From assembly GCF_963921235.1 (NCBI RefSeq), contig NC_086097.1:147004001-147068000 (forward strand): 64,000 nt of DNA, given 5' to 3'. Of this stretch, positions 35,416-48,151 are shown piece after piece (position 1 is the first letter of the stretch; each line of letters starts with the position of its first letter). The notes under the pieces are model-generated. The model searched no databases and was not told the origin of the DNA. It saw nothing but the letters and a program-made list of their open reading frames with translations. The position numbers were made by a program, and so were the translations under genes. The stretch is from Mobula hypostoma (lineage: Eukaryota).

Positions 35416-36928
35416 CCACAATCCAAGCAACTGTCAAAGAAGATCCAAAAAGGACTTCACTCTTAAGTGTTTTGGATGTCTTAAGATGCTTTTAAATTGG
35501 TTGGTCTTCTTTGCACACATAAAGAATAGGACTTTTAGCTCTGATTCTGGATGACAACAGGGTTAAGGGAATATTTCTGCTATATAACAGTGTTTAATGT
35601 CAGGAATATACTCAACAGACAGCAGGTAGATATGAGGTATGAATGCAAAGCCAGTAAAAGATAAAAAGGAACAGAACTATGGGCTTGATCACAAACCCAA
35701 GTTTTGAAAAATGCCATGTGAACCATTGTTTTAAACCTAATGTTTTGAGACTAAAATTATTTAACTCTGGGGTTTCTAAAGGCACTATATAGTCAATGTA
35801 TTTTTGATTTTTCTTCTTCCTCTAAGTTAGGAAATGAGAACTGATTTGGACATGGTAAGCTCTCACAAACAGCATTTTGATGACGCTGATTATTTATTCT
35901 TCTCCATAGATGCTGCCTGACTTGCTAAGTGTCTGCAGCATTTTGGGTGTGATGACTTATTAATCTGTTTTAGTAAGTTTGAGAACAAAATAAATATGAG
36001 GCAACATTTCAAAATAGTATAATATCAAGCTGAAGTAGGAGTCAAAACCTTAGTTCAACTTCTAAAAGACAAAACATCTTTCCTTTAATTCTGCACACAT
36101 TGTAAGTCTATATTTTGTATTCAACTCTGTAGTGTGACCCAAATTCAAAACTTCCAGATGCACATGCAAGCATCCTAATAACTTCATCTTGATGCATTGT
36201 GGTAGTTTATTTCTCTGCCACCTAACCAAGTACAAGCTATTTTCTGAGACTCTTCTTTGACAATGTTAAAGAACTCAAATCAGCTTGCCATTAAAAAGCA
36301 AACATGGAAAAAAAAAGTGTCTGTTTGGATTAAGTGAAAAGACTGGCTTCCTGCAAAAGCCTTAGATAACAGATGACTATGAGCCTGGAGGTGGCTATAA
36401 TAATCAAACAATTTCAGTTTGTCAAACAATTTCAATTTGTATGTATTTGACTTTGCTTGGACACCAAATCAACATGATAGTATTGTGTGATTCAAAATAC
36501 ATAATAGGAATACAGAATCAAATTCAGAGTGTAGAATCTGATGTGGATATTTAAGCAGAACTGAGATCTGTACATACATAGCAAGTAGAGATACATAACA
36601 AGAAAGTTGGATAGATATATATATAAAAAAAGGTGAATATATAGATCAGAGAAGTTGTCAGTGGGGGGATACAAATTTCTTGGTGGGGCGATAAGCAGCA
36701 CCCTTGCTTGAGGCACAAGACCTGACAGTGTCAACACTCTGCGATCGTCAACATCTGATGGGCATTCTCAGTTTGTGTTAATTTTTTATTTTAATTTAGC
36801 CTCATTAATGATGGATAAATACACACAGCACAACCTCTGGATCTGAAGGTGGTGATGCCTTGAATGTTAATCCTGCAAATAAACAGAAGCTATAGAAAGT
36901 GCATCAATACAATGTTACGTATTTGGAG

Positions 36929-37116
36929 CACAGACAAGAGAAAATCTGCAGATGCTGGAAATCCACACAACATACACCAAATGCTGGAGGAACTCAGTCG
37001 GCCAGGCAGCATCTATGGAAAAAAGTACAAAAGTGTACAGTCAGCATTTAAATGTCAACTGTACTTTTTTCCATAGATGCTGCCTGGCCTGCTGAGTTTC
37101 TCCAGCATTTGGTGTG
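36929..37116. mobile_element. Fold-back Penelope-terminus insertion
   Basis: Inverted arms of about 60 bp (36969-37029 and 37060-37120), flanked by the 16-bp duplication tgttac(g/a)tat(t/c)tggag at 36913-36928 and 37117-37132. Confidence 0.8.
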
Positions 37117-37203
37117 TGTTACATATCTGGAGGATGGTTTTATTCCATTCCACCTGTTTAGCGATATCCCATGTGTCTTATTTGTAATACTGTACTGTCT
37201 AAT

Positions 37204-37698
37204 TGTCAGGACGCTGGAGCAGAGATCCAATTGCAGACCCAGTACTGTGCACACAGTGATATTAATTGAGTAAAAAATCCTGAGGTACAAAGAAGGTCGG
37301 CGTCAAAGTTCAGGCAGAGATCAAAACATCCAGAGAAATCCAAAAACCAGAATCGGGAAACAGGCAAAGTCGATATTCAGACAGACAGAGTACAGATACA
37401 AAAGCTGGAAAGGCTCAGGCAAATTCATTGGCACAATCTGGCAACAAACAGATGAAAACACAGGACTGAAATACACTGAGCAATAAACAGGGAGGCAGAT
37501 GACAGGTGGAGCACAATGAGACAGAAGTGGCAGCAATACAGGTAATAATGAGAAACAGGTGAGAGGGAGAGTACTCAGTAATACAGGGGCCGGAGTAGAG
37601 CAGGAGCGGGGACAGGAGCACATGGCAATACAAAACCACAGACTGACGGCTAGGGGGAAAACACACAAAAAGACAAAGTTCAACTGGAGGTACTGACA
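37204..37698 (-). repeat. 3' LTR of the Gypsy element
   Basis: tgtcag...ctgaca termini. Direct repeat of 43651-44171, roughly 90% identical by eye, with many CpG-type changes. Confidence 0.95.
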
Positions 37699-40036
37699 GC
37701 AACTGCCACCCCCCTCCCCCCCATGGATGCTTCCTGGCATCATGGCAGGTAGAGCTGGGTGCTGGCAATGAAAATCTCTGATAAGAGAGGGCCCCAGGAT
37801 GTTACGGGCAGGGACCTAGCACCTCTCCTCAGGACCATAGCCCTCCCAGTCTACAAGGGACTGGAGGCCATGGTCCCGGCGACAAACATCCAGTAGTCGA
37901 CACACCGTGAGTGTCTCTGACCCATCGATGAACCGTGGGGGGCGGGGGGTTGGGGACAGGACACAGGGGGTGGCTCATGAAAGGCTTGATGCAGGACACA
38001 TGGAAGGTGGGATGGATGCAGTGGACAGCAGCAGATGAATGCCTCGGCAGATAGAACACCAACCTCCTCCTCCTCCTGGCCAGGAAACAATGGAGGTTGG
38101 TAGCCAAAGCAGCACTCAAAGGGGGACAGACTGGTGGATGGGGATGGATGAGAGTTTATGGCGTACTCGGCCCAGGGTAGCTGCTGACTCCATGCGAAGG
38201 GGTTCTCGGAGACCGGACACCACAATATTGTCTTTAAGTGTTGGTTGGCCCGCTTGGTCTGGCCATTGGTTTGTGGGTGGAATCCTGAAGACAGACTTAC
38301 AGAAGCACCCAGAAGATTACAGAATGCCATCCTGAAGTTGGATGTGAATTGAGGGCCCCTGTCTGACACAACATCTACAGGTAAACCATGTAATTTAAAA
38401 ACATGCAGTACTAGTAATTTGCCTGTTTCTTCAGCAGAGGAGAGTTTTGGTAAAAGAATGAAGTGTACAGACTTGGAGAAAAGATCAACTACTGTGAGAA
38501 TGGTGGTATTGCTATCTGATGGGGGAAGACCGGTGACAAAATCCAGGGCAATATGGGACCAAGGTCTCCTGGGGATAGACAGGGGTTGTAACAGACCAGC
38601 AGGTGACCAGTTAGAGTTCTTGGCTTGAGTACAGACTGAGCTGGCTGAGACGAAGTTACAGACGTCATCTCCCATGGAGGGCCACCAGAACCACCGACTG
38701 ATGAAGGCCTGAGTAAGCCTGGTTCCAGGGTGACAGGATAACCGGGAAAAATGACCCCACTGCAATACCTGTGAGTGGACAGAAATGGGAACTTAAACAC
38801 CATTAGTGGGGCGTTGACTAGGGGCAGCATCACTCTGTTGAGCAGCTTGCACCATGAATTTAATGTCTCATTGCGCTGCACCCACGAGACAGTAAGCAGG
38901 GAGGATGACATTGGGGACCTCAGGGGTCTCAGAGGAGGGAAATCTCCAGGAGAGGGCATCAGGTTTTCAGTTCTTGGAAGCAGGGCGGAAGGACAGAGTA
39001 AAATTGAATTTTGAGAAAAACAGGGATCAACGAGCTTGATGGGAATTGAGATGCTTGGCAATACGGATATATTTCAGATTCTTGTTATCAGTCCAGACCA
39101 AGAATGGCACATTGGCTCCCTCCAGCCAATGCCTCCATTCCTCCAGAGCTAGCTTCACAGCCAGCAGCTCCCGGTTTCTGAAATTGTAATTCCGCTCCGT
39201 GGGGGTGAGGTGCTGAGAGAAGGCAGCTCAGGGGTGTACCTTCTCATCCTTGGCCGAGCACTGAGAGAGAACAGCTCCTACCCCACAATGAACTGCTGGT
39301 CGGTGTCGGGTTGAATCAGGATGGGGTCAGAGGTGAAACATTCCCTCAGGTCAGAGAATGCGTTTTCAGCAGCAGGGGACCAGGAGAATCTGAGCAGATT
39401 AGGCAACAGCAGTGAGTGGTGCAGCCAGTGTACTGTAATTTCTGATGAAGTGACGATAGAAGTTAGCAAAGCCCAAGAAGCGTTGCAACTCCCGACGAGT
39501 CGAGGGCTGGGGCCATTCAACCACCACCTTGACCTTCTGTTGGTCCATCTGAATGGAACCTCCTGAAATTACATACCTCAGGAAGGAGATGGTATTGTGA
39601 TGAAACTCACATTTCTCAGCCTTCACAAAGAGCTGGGTCTCCAGAAGGTGTTGGAGAACTCTGCAGACATGACCTGTGTGTTCAGCAAAGGACTTAGAAA
39701 AAAAGTCAAAATGTCATCGAGATACACAAAAAAAAAATTGGTTCAGCATGTCCCTGAGAACGTCATTTACCAGGGCTGGAAGACGGCAGGGGCATTGGTG
39801 AGACCAAATGGTATGACCAGATACTCGTAATGGCCTGAGGTGGTGTTGAAGGCCGTCTTCCACTCGACCCCTTCACAGATGCGGACAAGATGGTAGGTGA
39901 TACGGAGATCAAGGTTGGTGAAAACTAAGGCTCCTTGTAGTAGTTCAAATGCTGAGGTCATGAGCGGAAGAGGGCAACAGTTCTTAACAGTGACTTCATT
40001 CAGTCACCGGTAATCAATGCATGGACGTAAGGAGCC

Positions 40037-42105
40037 GGTTTGGCAAAAGAATAAATCAGGGAAGGTAGTGCACCTGTGGCTGACAAGAGAAATTAGGGAT
40101 AGTATCAATTCCAAAGAAGAAGCATACAAATTAGCCAGAAAAAGTGGCTCACCTGAGGACTGGGAGAAATTCAGAGTTCAGCAGAGGAGGACAAAGGGCT
40201 TAATTAGGAAGGGGAAAAAGATTATGAGAGAAAACTGGCAGGGGACATAAAAACTGACTGTAAAAGCTTTTATAGATATGTAAAAAGGAAAAGACTGGTA
40301 AAGACAAATGTAGGTCCCCTACAGACAGAAACAGGTGAATTGATTATGGGGAGCAAGGACATGGCAGACCAATTGAATAATTACTTTGGTTCTGTCTTCA
40401 CTAAGGAGGACATAAATAATCTTCCAGAAATAGTAGAGGACAGAGGGTCCAGTGAGATGGAGGAACTGAGCAAAATACATGTTAGTAGGGAAGTGGTGTT
40501 AGGTAAATTGAAGGGATTGAAGGCAGATAAATCCCCAGGGCCAGATAGTCTGCATCCTAGAGTGCTTAAGGAAGTAGCCCAAGAAATAGTGGATGCATTA
40601 GTGATAATTTTTCAAAACTCGTTAGATTCTGGACTAGTTCCTGAGGATTGGAGGGTGGCTAATGTAACCCCACTTTTTAAAAAAGGAGGGAGAGAAACCG
40701 GGGAATTATAGACCGGTTAGCCTAACGTCGGTGGTGGGGAAACTGCTGGAGTCAGTTATCAAAGATGTGATAACAGCACATTTGGAAAGCGGTGAAATCA
40801 TCGGACAAAGTCAGCATGGATTTGTGAAAGGAAAATCATGTCTGACGAATCTCATAGAATTTTTTGAGGATGTAACTAGTAGAGTGGATAGGGGAGAGCC
40901 AGTGGATGTGGTATATTTGGATTTTCAAAAGGCTTTTGACAAGGTCCCACACAGGAGATTAGTGCGCAAACTTAAAGCACATGGTATTGGGGGTAAGGTA
41001 TTGATGTGGATAGAGAATTGGTTAGCAGACAGGAAGCAAAGAGTGGGAATAAACGGGACCTTTTCAGAATGGCAGGCGGTGACTAGTGGGGTACTGCAAG
41101 GCTCAGTGCTGGGACCCCAGTTGTTTACAATATATTAATGACTTGGATGAGGGAATTAAATGCAGCATCTCCAAGTTTGCGGATGACACGAAGCTGGGTG
41201 GCAGTGTTAGCTGTGAGGAGGATGCTAAGAGGATGCAGAGTGACTTGGATAGGTTGGGTGAGTGGGCAAATTCATGGCAGATGCAATTTAATGTGGATAA
41301 ATGTGAAGTTATCCACTTTGGTGGCAAAAATAGGAAAACAGATTATTATCTGAATGGTGGCCGATTAGGAAAAGGGGAGGTGCAACGAGACCTGGGTGTC
41401 ATTATACAACAGTCATTGAAAGTGGGCATGCAGGTACAGCAGGCGGTGAAAAAGGAGAATGGTACGCTGGCATTTATAGCGAGAGGATTCGAGTACAGGA
41501 GCAGGGAGGTACTACTGCAGTTGTACAAGGCCTTGGTGAGACCACACCTGGAGTATTGTGTGCAGTTTTGGTCCCCTAATCTGAGGAAAGACATCCTTGC
41601 CATAGAGGGAGTACAAAGAAGGTTCACCAGATTGATTCCTGGGATGGCAGGACTTTCATATGAAGAAAGACTGGATGAACTGGGCTTGTACTCGTTGGAA
41701 TTTAGAAGATTGAGGGGGGATCTGATTGAAACGTATAAAATCCTAAAGGGATTGGACAGGCTAGATGCAGGAAGATTGTTCCCAATGTTGGGGAAGTCCA
41801 GAATGAGGGGTTACAGTTTGAGGATAAAGGGGAAGCCTTTTAGGACCGAGATTAGGAAAAACTTCTTCACACAGAGAGTGGTGAATCTGTGGAATTCTCT
41901 GCCACAGGAAACAGTTGAGGCCAGTTCATTGGCTATATTTCAGAGGGAGTTAGATATGGCCCTTGTGGCTATGGGGATCAGGGGGTATGGAGGGAAGGCT
42001 GGGGCAGGGTTCTGAGTTGGATGATCAGCCATGATCATAATAAATGGCGGTGCAGGCTCGAAGGGCCGAATGGCCTACTCCTGCACCTATTTTCTATGTT
42101 TCTAT
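40037..42105 (+). mobile_element. Young 5'-truncated CR1 LINE inserted in the Gypsy RT
   Basis: ORF2 is nearly intact (DKSPGPD, QHGF, YLDFQKAFDKVPH, KFADDTKL, RPHLEYCVQFWSP) with a few frameshifts. The tail is tttctatgtttctat. It splits the Gypsy KD|GSLRPCIDY motif with no TSD. Confidence 0.95.
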
Positions 42106-43650
42106 CCTTCTTTTCAACAAAAGAGAAAACCAGCAACAGCAGGGGAGGAAGACAGCCGGATGATGCCCGCAGCTAGAGACTCCTGAATGTACTTACTCAT
42201 AGCTTCTGTTTCAGGTACGGACAGGGATTACAGGCTGCCCTTGGGGGAGATGTGCCAGGCAAAAGGTCAATGGCTCAATCATATGGATGATAAGGTGGTA
42301 GGGAAGTGGCCCGGGACTTGCTAAACACAGCCTTGAGGTCCAGGTATTCAGGAGGGATGGTACTAAGGTCTGGAATTTCCTCAGGGGGATTTGGTCTTGG
42401 AGACAAGTGGATCTGAGCATGGCGGAGGCAGTGGGAATGACAGAATGGGCTCCAGACTGGCGACTGAGCCAGTCAATGTGGGGGTTGTGTTTAACTAACC
42501 AGGCATGGCCCAGGACATTGGGAGCTTGAGGAGAGTCAGTAACATAAAGGGTTAACTGTTCATGATGGTTCCCGGATAAACTGAGACTCACCGGGGCCGT
42601 GACATGGGTGACGTTAGCCAGTCTCTGACTGTTCAAGGCATTGGCCACCATTGGTGACTGGACAGCAGATCCCCAATGGACAGCCAAGCCGGAATCGATA
42701 AAACACCCCTCCGCCCCAGAATCAACCAAGACAGAGACTGCTCGCCGTTGGACACCCCACCCAGAGAAGCAGGTATGAAAGTGAGTGGTGTTAGGGGTCA
42801 CGCTCGCCAGTACTCCTCGTCCTACTGGTGAGCGCTTGGCTTTTAATGGGCAGGTGGAGATGAAGTGGTCTGGTTGGCCACAGTACAGACAGGAAAGGGT
42901 GCTGATTCTCCTTTGTCTTTCAGTCGGCGTCAGGCGGGTATGGTCAAGGCGCATAGCCTCGAGCTCTGGAATGAGAATTGTAGATGGAGGCAAACAGCAG
43001 GGCAATGTAGATTGACGAGGAGCTTGGAACTCCCCCCAGGGACCCTCTGGAACCCTTCCCTCTGCGGCGCTGCTGAAGGCGAACATCAATACGGATGGCC
43101 AAACCCACCAGGGCTTCAAAGGTGGCAGGAAGGTCCTGGGTGACCAGCTCATCTTTGATGTCTTCAGAGAGGCCGTTCAGGAAGGTGTCATACTGTGCCT
43201 CCAAGTTCCTGCCTCCCAAACAGCTGTTTCCCATTCTCTCACCTGACTGGAAAGTTGGGTGATGATGTAGGCTATCTTGGCTCCAGCAGATGGAAATGTT
43301 GTTGGTTGCAATTCAAAAAGGTGGGTGCACTGGGAAAGAAAACAGTGGCAGGTACCGGGCTCACCTGAGTACTTTTCTGGAGGAGGCAGATGGGGCTCTT
43401 GGATGGGAAGAGCATGTGAGGATGCGGAGGGAAGGGTGGAAGATACAGATGCAGAATGTTGATGGGCACTCTGGGGCAGCTGGAGTGACCAAGCCTGGGC
43501 CACAAGATTGGCTACATTGGCAGAAAATGACTCCACTGCCCTGAACATGGAGTCCAGCTGGTTCTGGTGTCTCCCCAGCATCATACTTTGTTGTTCTTGG
43601 CAGCTCTCAGATGACCGGGGTCTGCTGGATCTATTCTAGCCAGATTGTCC

Positions 43651-44171
43651 TGTCAGGACTCTGGAGCAGGGATCCAATCACAGACCCAGTACTATGCATA
43701 CAGTGATACTAATTGGGTAACAAATCCCAAGGTGTAAACAAAGTTGGCGTCAAAGTTCAGGCAGAGATCAAAACATCCAGAGAAATCCAAAAACCAGAAT
43801 CAGGAAACAGGCAGAGTAGATATTCAGAGGGACAGAGTACAGATACAAATGCTGGAAAGGCTCAGGAAAATTCACTGACACAACCTGGCAACAAACAGGT
43901 GAAAACACAGGACTGAAATACACTGAGCAATAAACAAAGAGGCAGATGACAGGTGGAGCACAATGAGACAGAAGTGGCAACAAACAGGTAATAATGAGAA
44001 ACAGGTGAGAGGGAGAGTACTCAGTAATACAGGGGCCAGAGTAGAGCAGGAGTGGGGACAAGAGCACATGGGGCATGAAAACAAACAAGAGCACATGGCA
44101 ATACAAAACCACAGACTGATGGCTAGGGAGAAAACACACAAAAAGACAAAGTTCAACTGGAGGTACTGACA
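43651..44171 (-). repeat. 5' LTR of the Gypsy element
   Basis: tgtcag...ctgaca termini. It carries an extra ~27-bp segment near 44070-44097 relative to the other LTR. Confidence 0.95.
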
Positions 44172-46249
44172 CTAATGAAGCCAATAAACCATCAAGTTTG
44201 CAGGAACACTTCGGTAAAAGACTCTCTGAAAAGGCTACTTATGGTATTACTCAGTTCCAGAAGATGATAAAAGCATTTGAGTAGTGTTGCACTCTCGTGT
44301 CATTTGCCGGGAAAGCTACAAATGACCTTGATAGTGGTCCCATTGCTGCTTATAATATTTCCAAAATGATAGGAAAGTGTGGAAAATCTCATACAATTAG
44401 TGAAAGATTAATAATGCCTGCTGTATCAGAAGTGCTCACCATTGTTCTCAAAATGGATACTACTATTTAAGAATCAATTCCTCTGAGTAATAACTTTGTA
44501 ATTCATCGTATTGACAAAATGAGTGAAGATATTGAGTATCAACTATGCACAGAGCCACAAAAAACTAAATTTTGGCATACAACTGGATAAGTCAATTGTG
44601 TGAGACAACGAGACATTGCTAATGGCTTATCAAAATATGGTTTATCAAAATGGAAAAGTTTATAAAGTGTTTCTCTTTTATAAAAAGTTAAAAACAAATA
44701 TTAACAGAGAATCAATCTATGACATGTTCAAAATGTACATTGAAAGATAAATGTATTCTGATTAGGAATATGATTTCTTGTGCAACAGATGGAACGCCAT
44801 ATATGACAGGTCGCCATGCTGGTTTAGTGACATTTATGAAAATAGAAATTCAAAGTCTATTTGCAATCCATTATGTAATTCATCGTCAACATCTCACAGC
44901 CAAAAGCCACAGCCAGTGACTTTTTTCAAGCATGACTCTTGTAATATATGCTATCAACAAAATTAAAGCTCATCCAATTAATAGCAGAATATTTCACCAG
45001 TTATGCCAAGATAATGATGAAGAGTTTGAAAGCTTGCTTCTTCACATTGAAGTGCATTGGCAGTCAAAAGGCTGTTGCTTAAAATGTTTCTTTGATCTTA
45101 TTGACACTGTGGTTGAATTTTTGCTCAAAGTTGACAAGAGCTTGGGAAACATCTTTGAACTTCTACGCAGAAATGTGGCATACCTAGCTGATCTGTATGA
45201 CAAAATGATCATTCTAAATATGAAACTGCAGGGTGAGAATTTCAGTTTCTAGGCAAAATGTGCAGTGTCAACATTTATTGGAAAATTGGAGATATACAAG
45301 TTAAGCATTGGGAGAAGAATGTTCTCAGAGTTTTCCTGCATGGAAAGTATGGCACTCTTTTTCACGGACAGTGATTTGCAAGAGTACTGATTACACCTCC
45401 AATCACTGAAGAAGTATTTTCAGAATTGATTCAAGAATTTGAACGATCTGGAAATTCTGGACTGGGTAATTAACCAAATTTTTGAAAGGTGGAAGAACAA
45501 GAAGAGAGCTTGCAAGAAGAAATTATCGAAGTTCAGAATAATGAAGAAGCAAAAATGCTTTCCAAAAATGTTGGCTTTCATGGTATGTGGCTACACTGTC
45601 ATATGAAGTTTCCTGGTCTTTGGAGAAGAGCCAAACTGCTCTTCATTGCACGTCCAATATCCTACCTGGTTGAAAGAGGCTTTTGTGCAGTGCCCCATAT
45701 ACTCACAAAAAAAAACAGAAAGCACTTGGACATTGTTATGCATGGGAACTTAAGGCTTTTGCTGTCACAACTTGAACCAAATATTTCAACTCCCGCTAAA
45801 AGTCATCAAGCTCAAGGATCACATTGATATTGAAACTGCTGTATTAGCACACAGGTATTGTGTAAGCTAGGTTTAAAGACAAATAAAAAAAATTAAACCA
45901 GAGTAATTTTTCTCATGTTAGCATATAGTAGACATGTTTTTACACTGTGGGGGTGCTGGAAAGTATATTGTGCATAAGAGGGGCATTGGCAAGCATAAAG
46001 GTGCTTTAGGAGGACCCCGGCAAGTATGAAAGTGTTTTAGGGGTGCATTGGGCTAAAAAAGGTTGGGAAACAATGATATAGATAGCTAGGGTGTTAAAGA
46101 TATACATATGCAGGCATTAAATACTGGAAAGAAGATAAAGACAATTAAATTGAAATACCTATATGACAATGGAGATAATGGAAATAATCATGATATGAAA
46201 GGTGTAGGATAAGAGATAAAGCTTGCAATGTGATTAATTAATTAATTAG

Positions 46250-46900
46250 AAAGTCAAAGTGAAAGTAACTGTTATTATCAAAGTACATATATGAGATACC
46301 ATATACAACCCTGAGATTCATTTCCCTGTGGGCATAATCAGCAAATCTATAGAACAATAACCATAACAGGATCAATGAAATATTAACCAGAGTGCAGAAG
46401 ACAACACACTGTGCAAATGCAAATATAAATAACTACCAATAAATGACAGGAACATGACATAAGGAGAGAAAGAGCTTTTGAAGTAAGATAATTGGTTGTG
46501 GGAAACATCTCAATGATGGGCAGTTACTTCTTTTATTCAAGAGCCTGATGGTTGAAGGGTAGTAACTGTTCTTGAACCTGGTGGTGTGAGTCCTGAGGCT
46601 CTTGGACCTTCTACCTGATGGCAGCAGTGAGAAGAGGGCATAGCCTGAGTGGTAGGGATCTGTGATGATAGATACTGCTTTCACATGACAGCATTTCATA
46701 CAAATGTGCTGAATAGTGGGAAGGGCTTTACCCATGATGAACTATCTCTTTCGATATCTTGTTCAAAGGCATTTATGTTTCAATACCAGGCCATGTTGCA
46801 GCCAGTTAATACACTCTCCAATACACATCTATAGAAGTTTATCAAAGTTTTAGATGTCACGTTGAATCTCCGCAAACTCCTAAGGAAATAAAGGTGCTCA
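46250..46900 (-). mobile_element. Rex/Babar-type LINE 3' fragment
   Basis: ORF 46433-46735 (-) reads HSGYALFSLLPSGRR...TTRFKNSYYPSTIRLLN. Confidence 0.85.
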
Positions 46901-47237
46901 AGCATACACACTTAAGGAGCATACATAAAAATGCAATGATTATTTAAAAAAAGGATACAACCAAGATATTGTATTGCACCTAAATGATTATAAATTAAGC
47001 TATAATAAAATCAGAACGTTCTGTTTATTATCAAACGTTTGGACAGAATCTGAGGTGAGAGTAACAGAGTAACATTGGAACTGTCATAAGGCGACGTTTT
47101 GTCGACAGCTCACGTTACTTTAGTAGATATACTTCTTCGTCTTCTTCTAAACTGCAATCGCTGCCATCTGCTGCCTGTAATTTCCCTTGTAAAGATGTTC
47201 TTTTGAACCAACTAAATGATTTGGTGCTTGATGGGAG

Positions 47238-48151
47238 GTTTGTGGGTGATATGAAGATAGGTGGAGGGGCAGGTAGTTTTGTGGAAGTAGAGAGACCACA
47301 GAGGACTTAGACAGATTATGAGAATAGGCGAAAAAGTGGCAGATGGAATATAGAGTCAGGAAGTGTATGGTCTTGCACTTTGGTAGAAAAAATAAAAGAG
47401 TAGACTATTTTCTAAATGGAGAGAAATTTAAAAAAAATTGAGTTGCAGAGGGGCTTGGAGTCATCATGCAGGATTTCCTAAAGGTTAACTTGCATGATAA
47501 ATTGATGGTGAGGAAGGCAAATGTGATGTTAGCATTCATTTCAAGAGGACTAGATTATAAAAGCAAGGATGTAATGTTGAAACTTTATAAAGCACTGGTG
47601 GAGCCTCACTTAGAGTATTATGAACAGTTTTGTACCCCTTATCTAAGAAAGGATATGCTGATATTGGAGACGGTTCAAATGAGGTTCACAAAAATGATTC
47701 CAGGATTGAAAGGCTTGTCACACGAGGAGAATTTGGTAGGCCTGGTCATGAACTCAATGGAATTCAGAAGAGTAAGGGGTGGCCTCATTGAAATGTATTG
47801 AATGTTGAAAGGCCTCAGTAGAGTGGATGTGGAGAGGATGTTTCCTATGGTGGTGTGGAGGGATCTGGAATGGGGAGGGGGTCCGCTCAGTACAGAGGGG
47901 TGTCCTTTTCGAACGGAGATGAGGAGAAATTTCTTTAGCTACACATGGGTGGCTGTGGAGGCCAAATCATTGGTTATATTTAAGGCAGAGGTTGATGAAT
48001 TCTTGATTAGTCAGGGCATGAAGGGATATGGGAAGAAGGCAGGAGATTGGGGCTGGGATCGAAAATGGATCAGCCATGATGAAATGGCAGAGCAGACTAA
48101 ATGGGCCAAATGGCCTAATTCTGCTCCTATATCTTATGGTTTTATGGTCTT
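47238..48151 (+). mobile_element. CR1 LINE 3' fragment
   Basis: KANVMLAFISRGLDYK...LYKALVEPHLEY, with tail tcttatggttttatggtctt. Confidence 0.9.

Larger units (their letters stand above)
37204..44171 (-). mobile_element. Full-length Ty3/Gypsy chromovirus (sushi-like) LTR retrotransposon, decayed
   Basis: Two LTRs and a 5-bp TSD ctaat (37199-37203 and 44172-44176). Domains: gag (PEKYSGEPG.C..FL.QC), Zn knuckle CLYCGQPDHFISTC, protease LVDSGA, RT (PCIDYR, KTAFNT..GHYEY..PFGL.NAP), RNase H, integrase ([21 protein letters not shown]) and a chromodomain remnant ([11 protein letters not shown]). A G-rich PPT sits next to the 3' LTR. There are many frameshifts and stops. Confidence 0.95.
36647..46075 (+). 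mobile_element. hAT Charlie/Buster-type DNA transposon (pseudogenised transposase) hosting nested insertions
   Basis: Perfect 8-bp TSD atatagat at 36639-36646 and 46076-46083. The right TIR is aaaaggttgggaaacaatg. The BED finger CLICNTVLSN|EA.KPS.LQEH is split by the Gypsy. Other remnants are SCATDG.PYMTG, IHYVIHRQHL and the dimerisation end SYLVERGF...HQAQGSH (stop at 45827). Confidence 0.9.

Noticed and set aside
42211..43584. Possible PEG10/RTL1-like domesticated gag-pol gene
   Set aside because: It is part of an LTR-bounded element with a TSD and disrupted frames.
44719..45827. Possible domesticated ZBED/SCAND3-like gene
   Set aside because: It has multiple stops and frameshifts, retains its TIR and TSD, and is interrupted by a Gypsy. 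It is a dead transposon.
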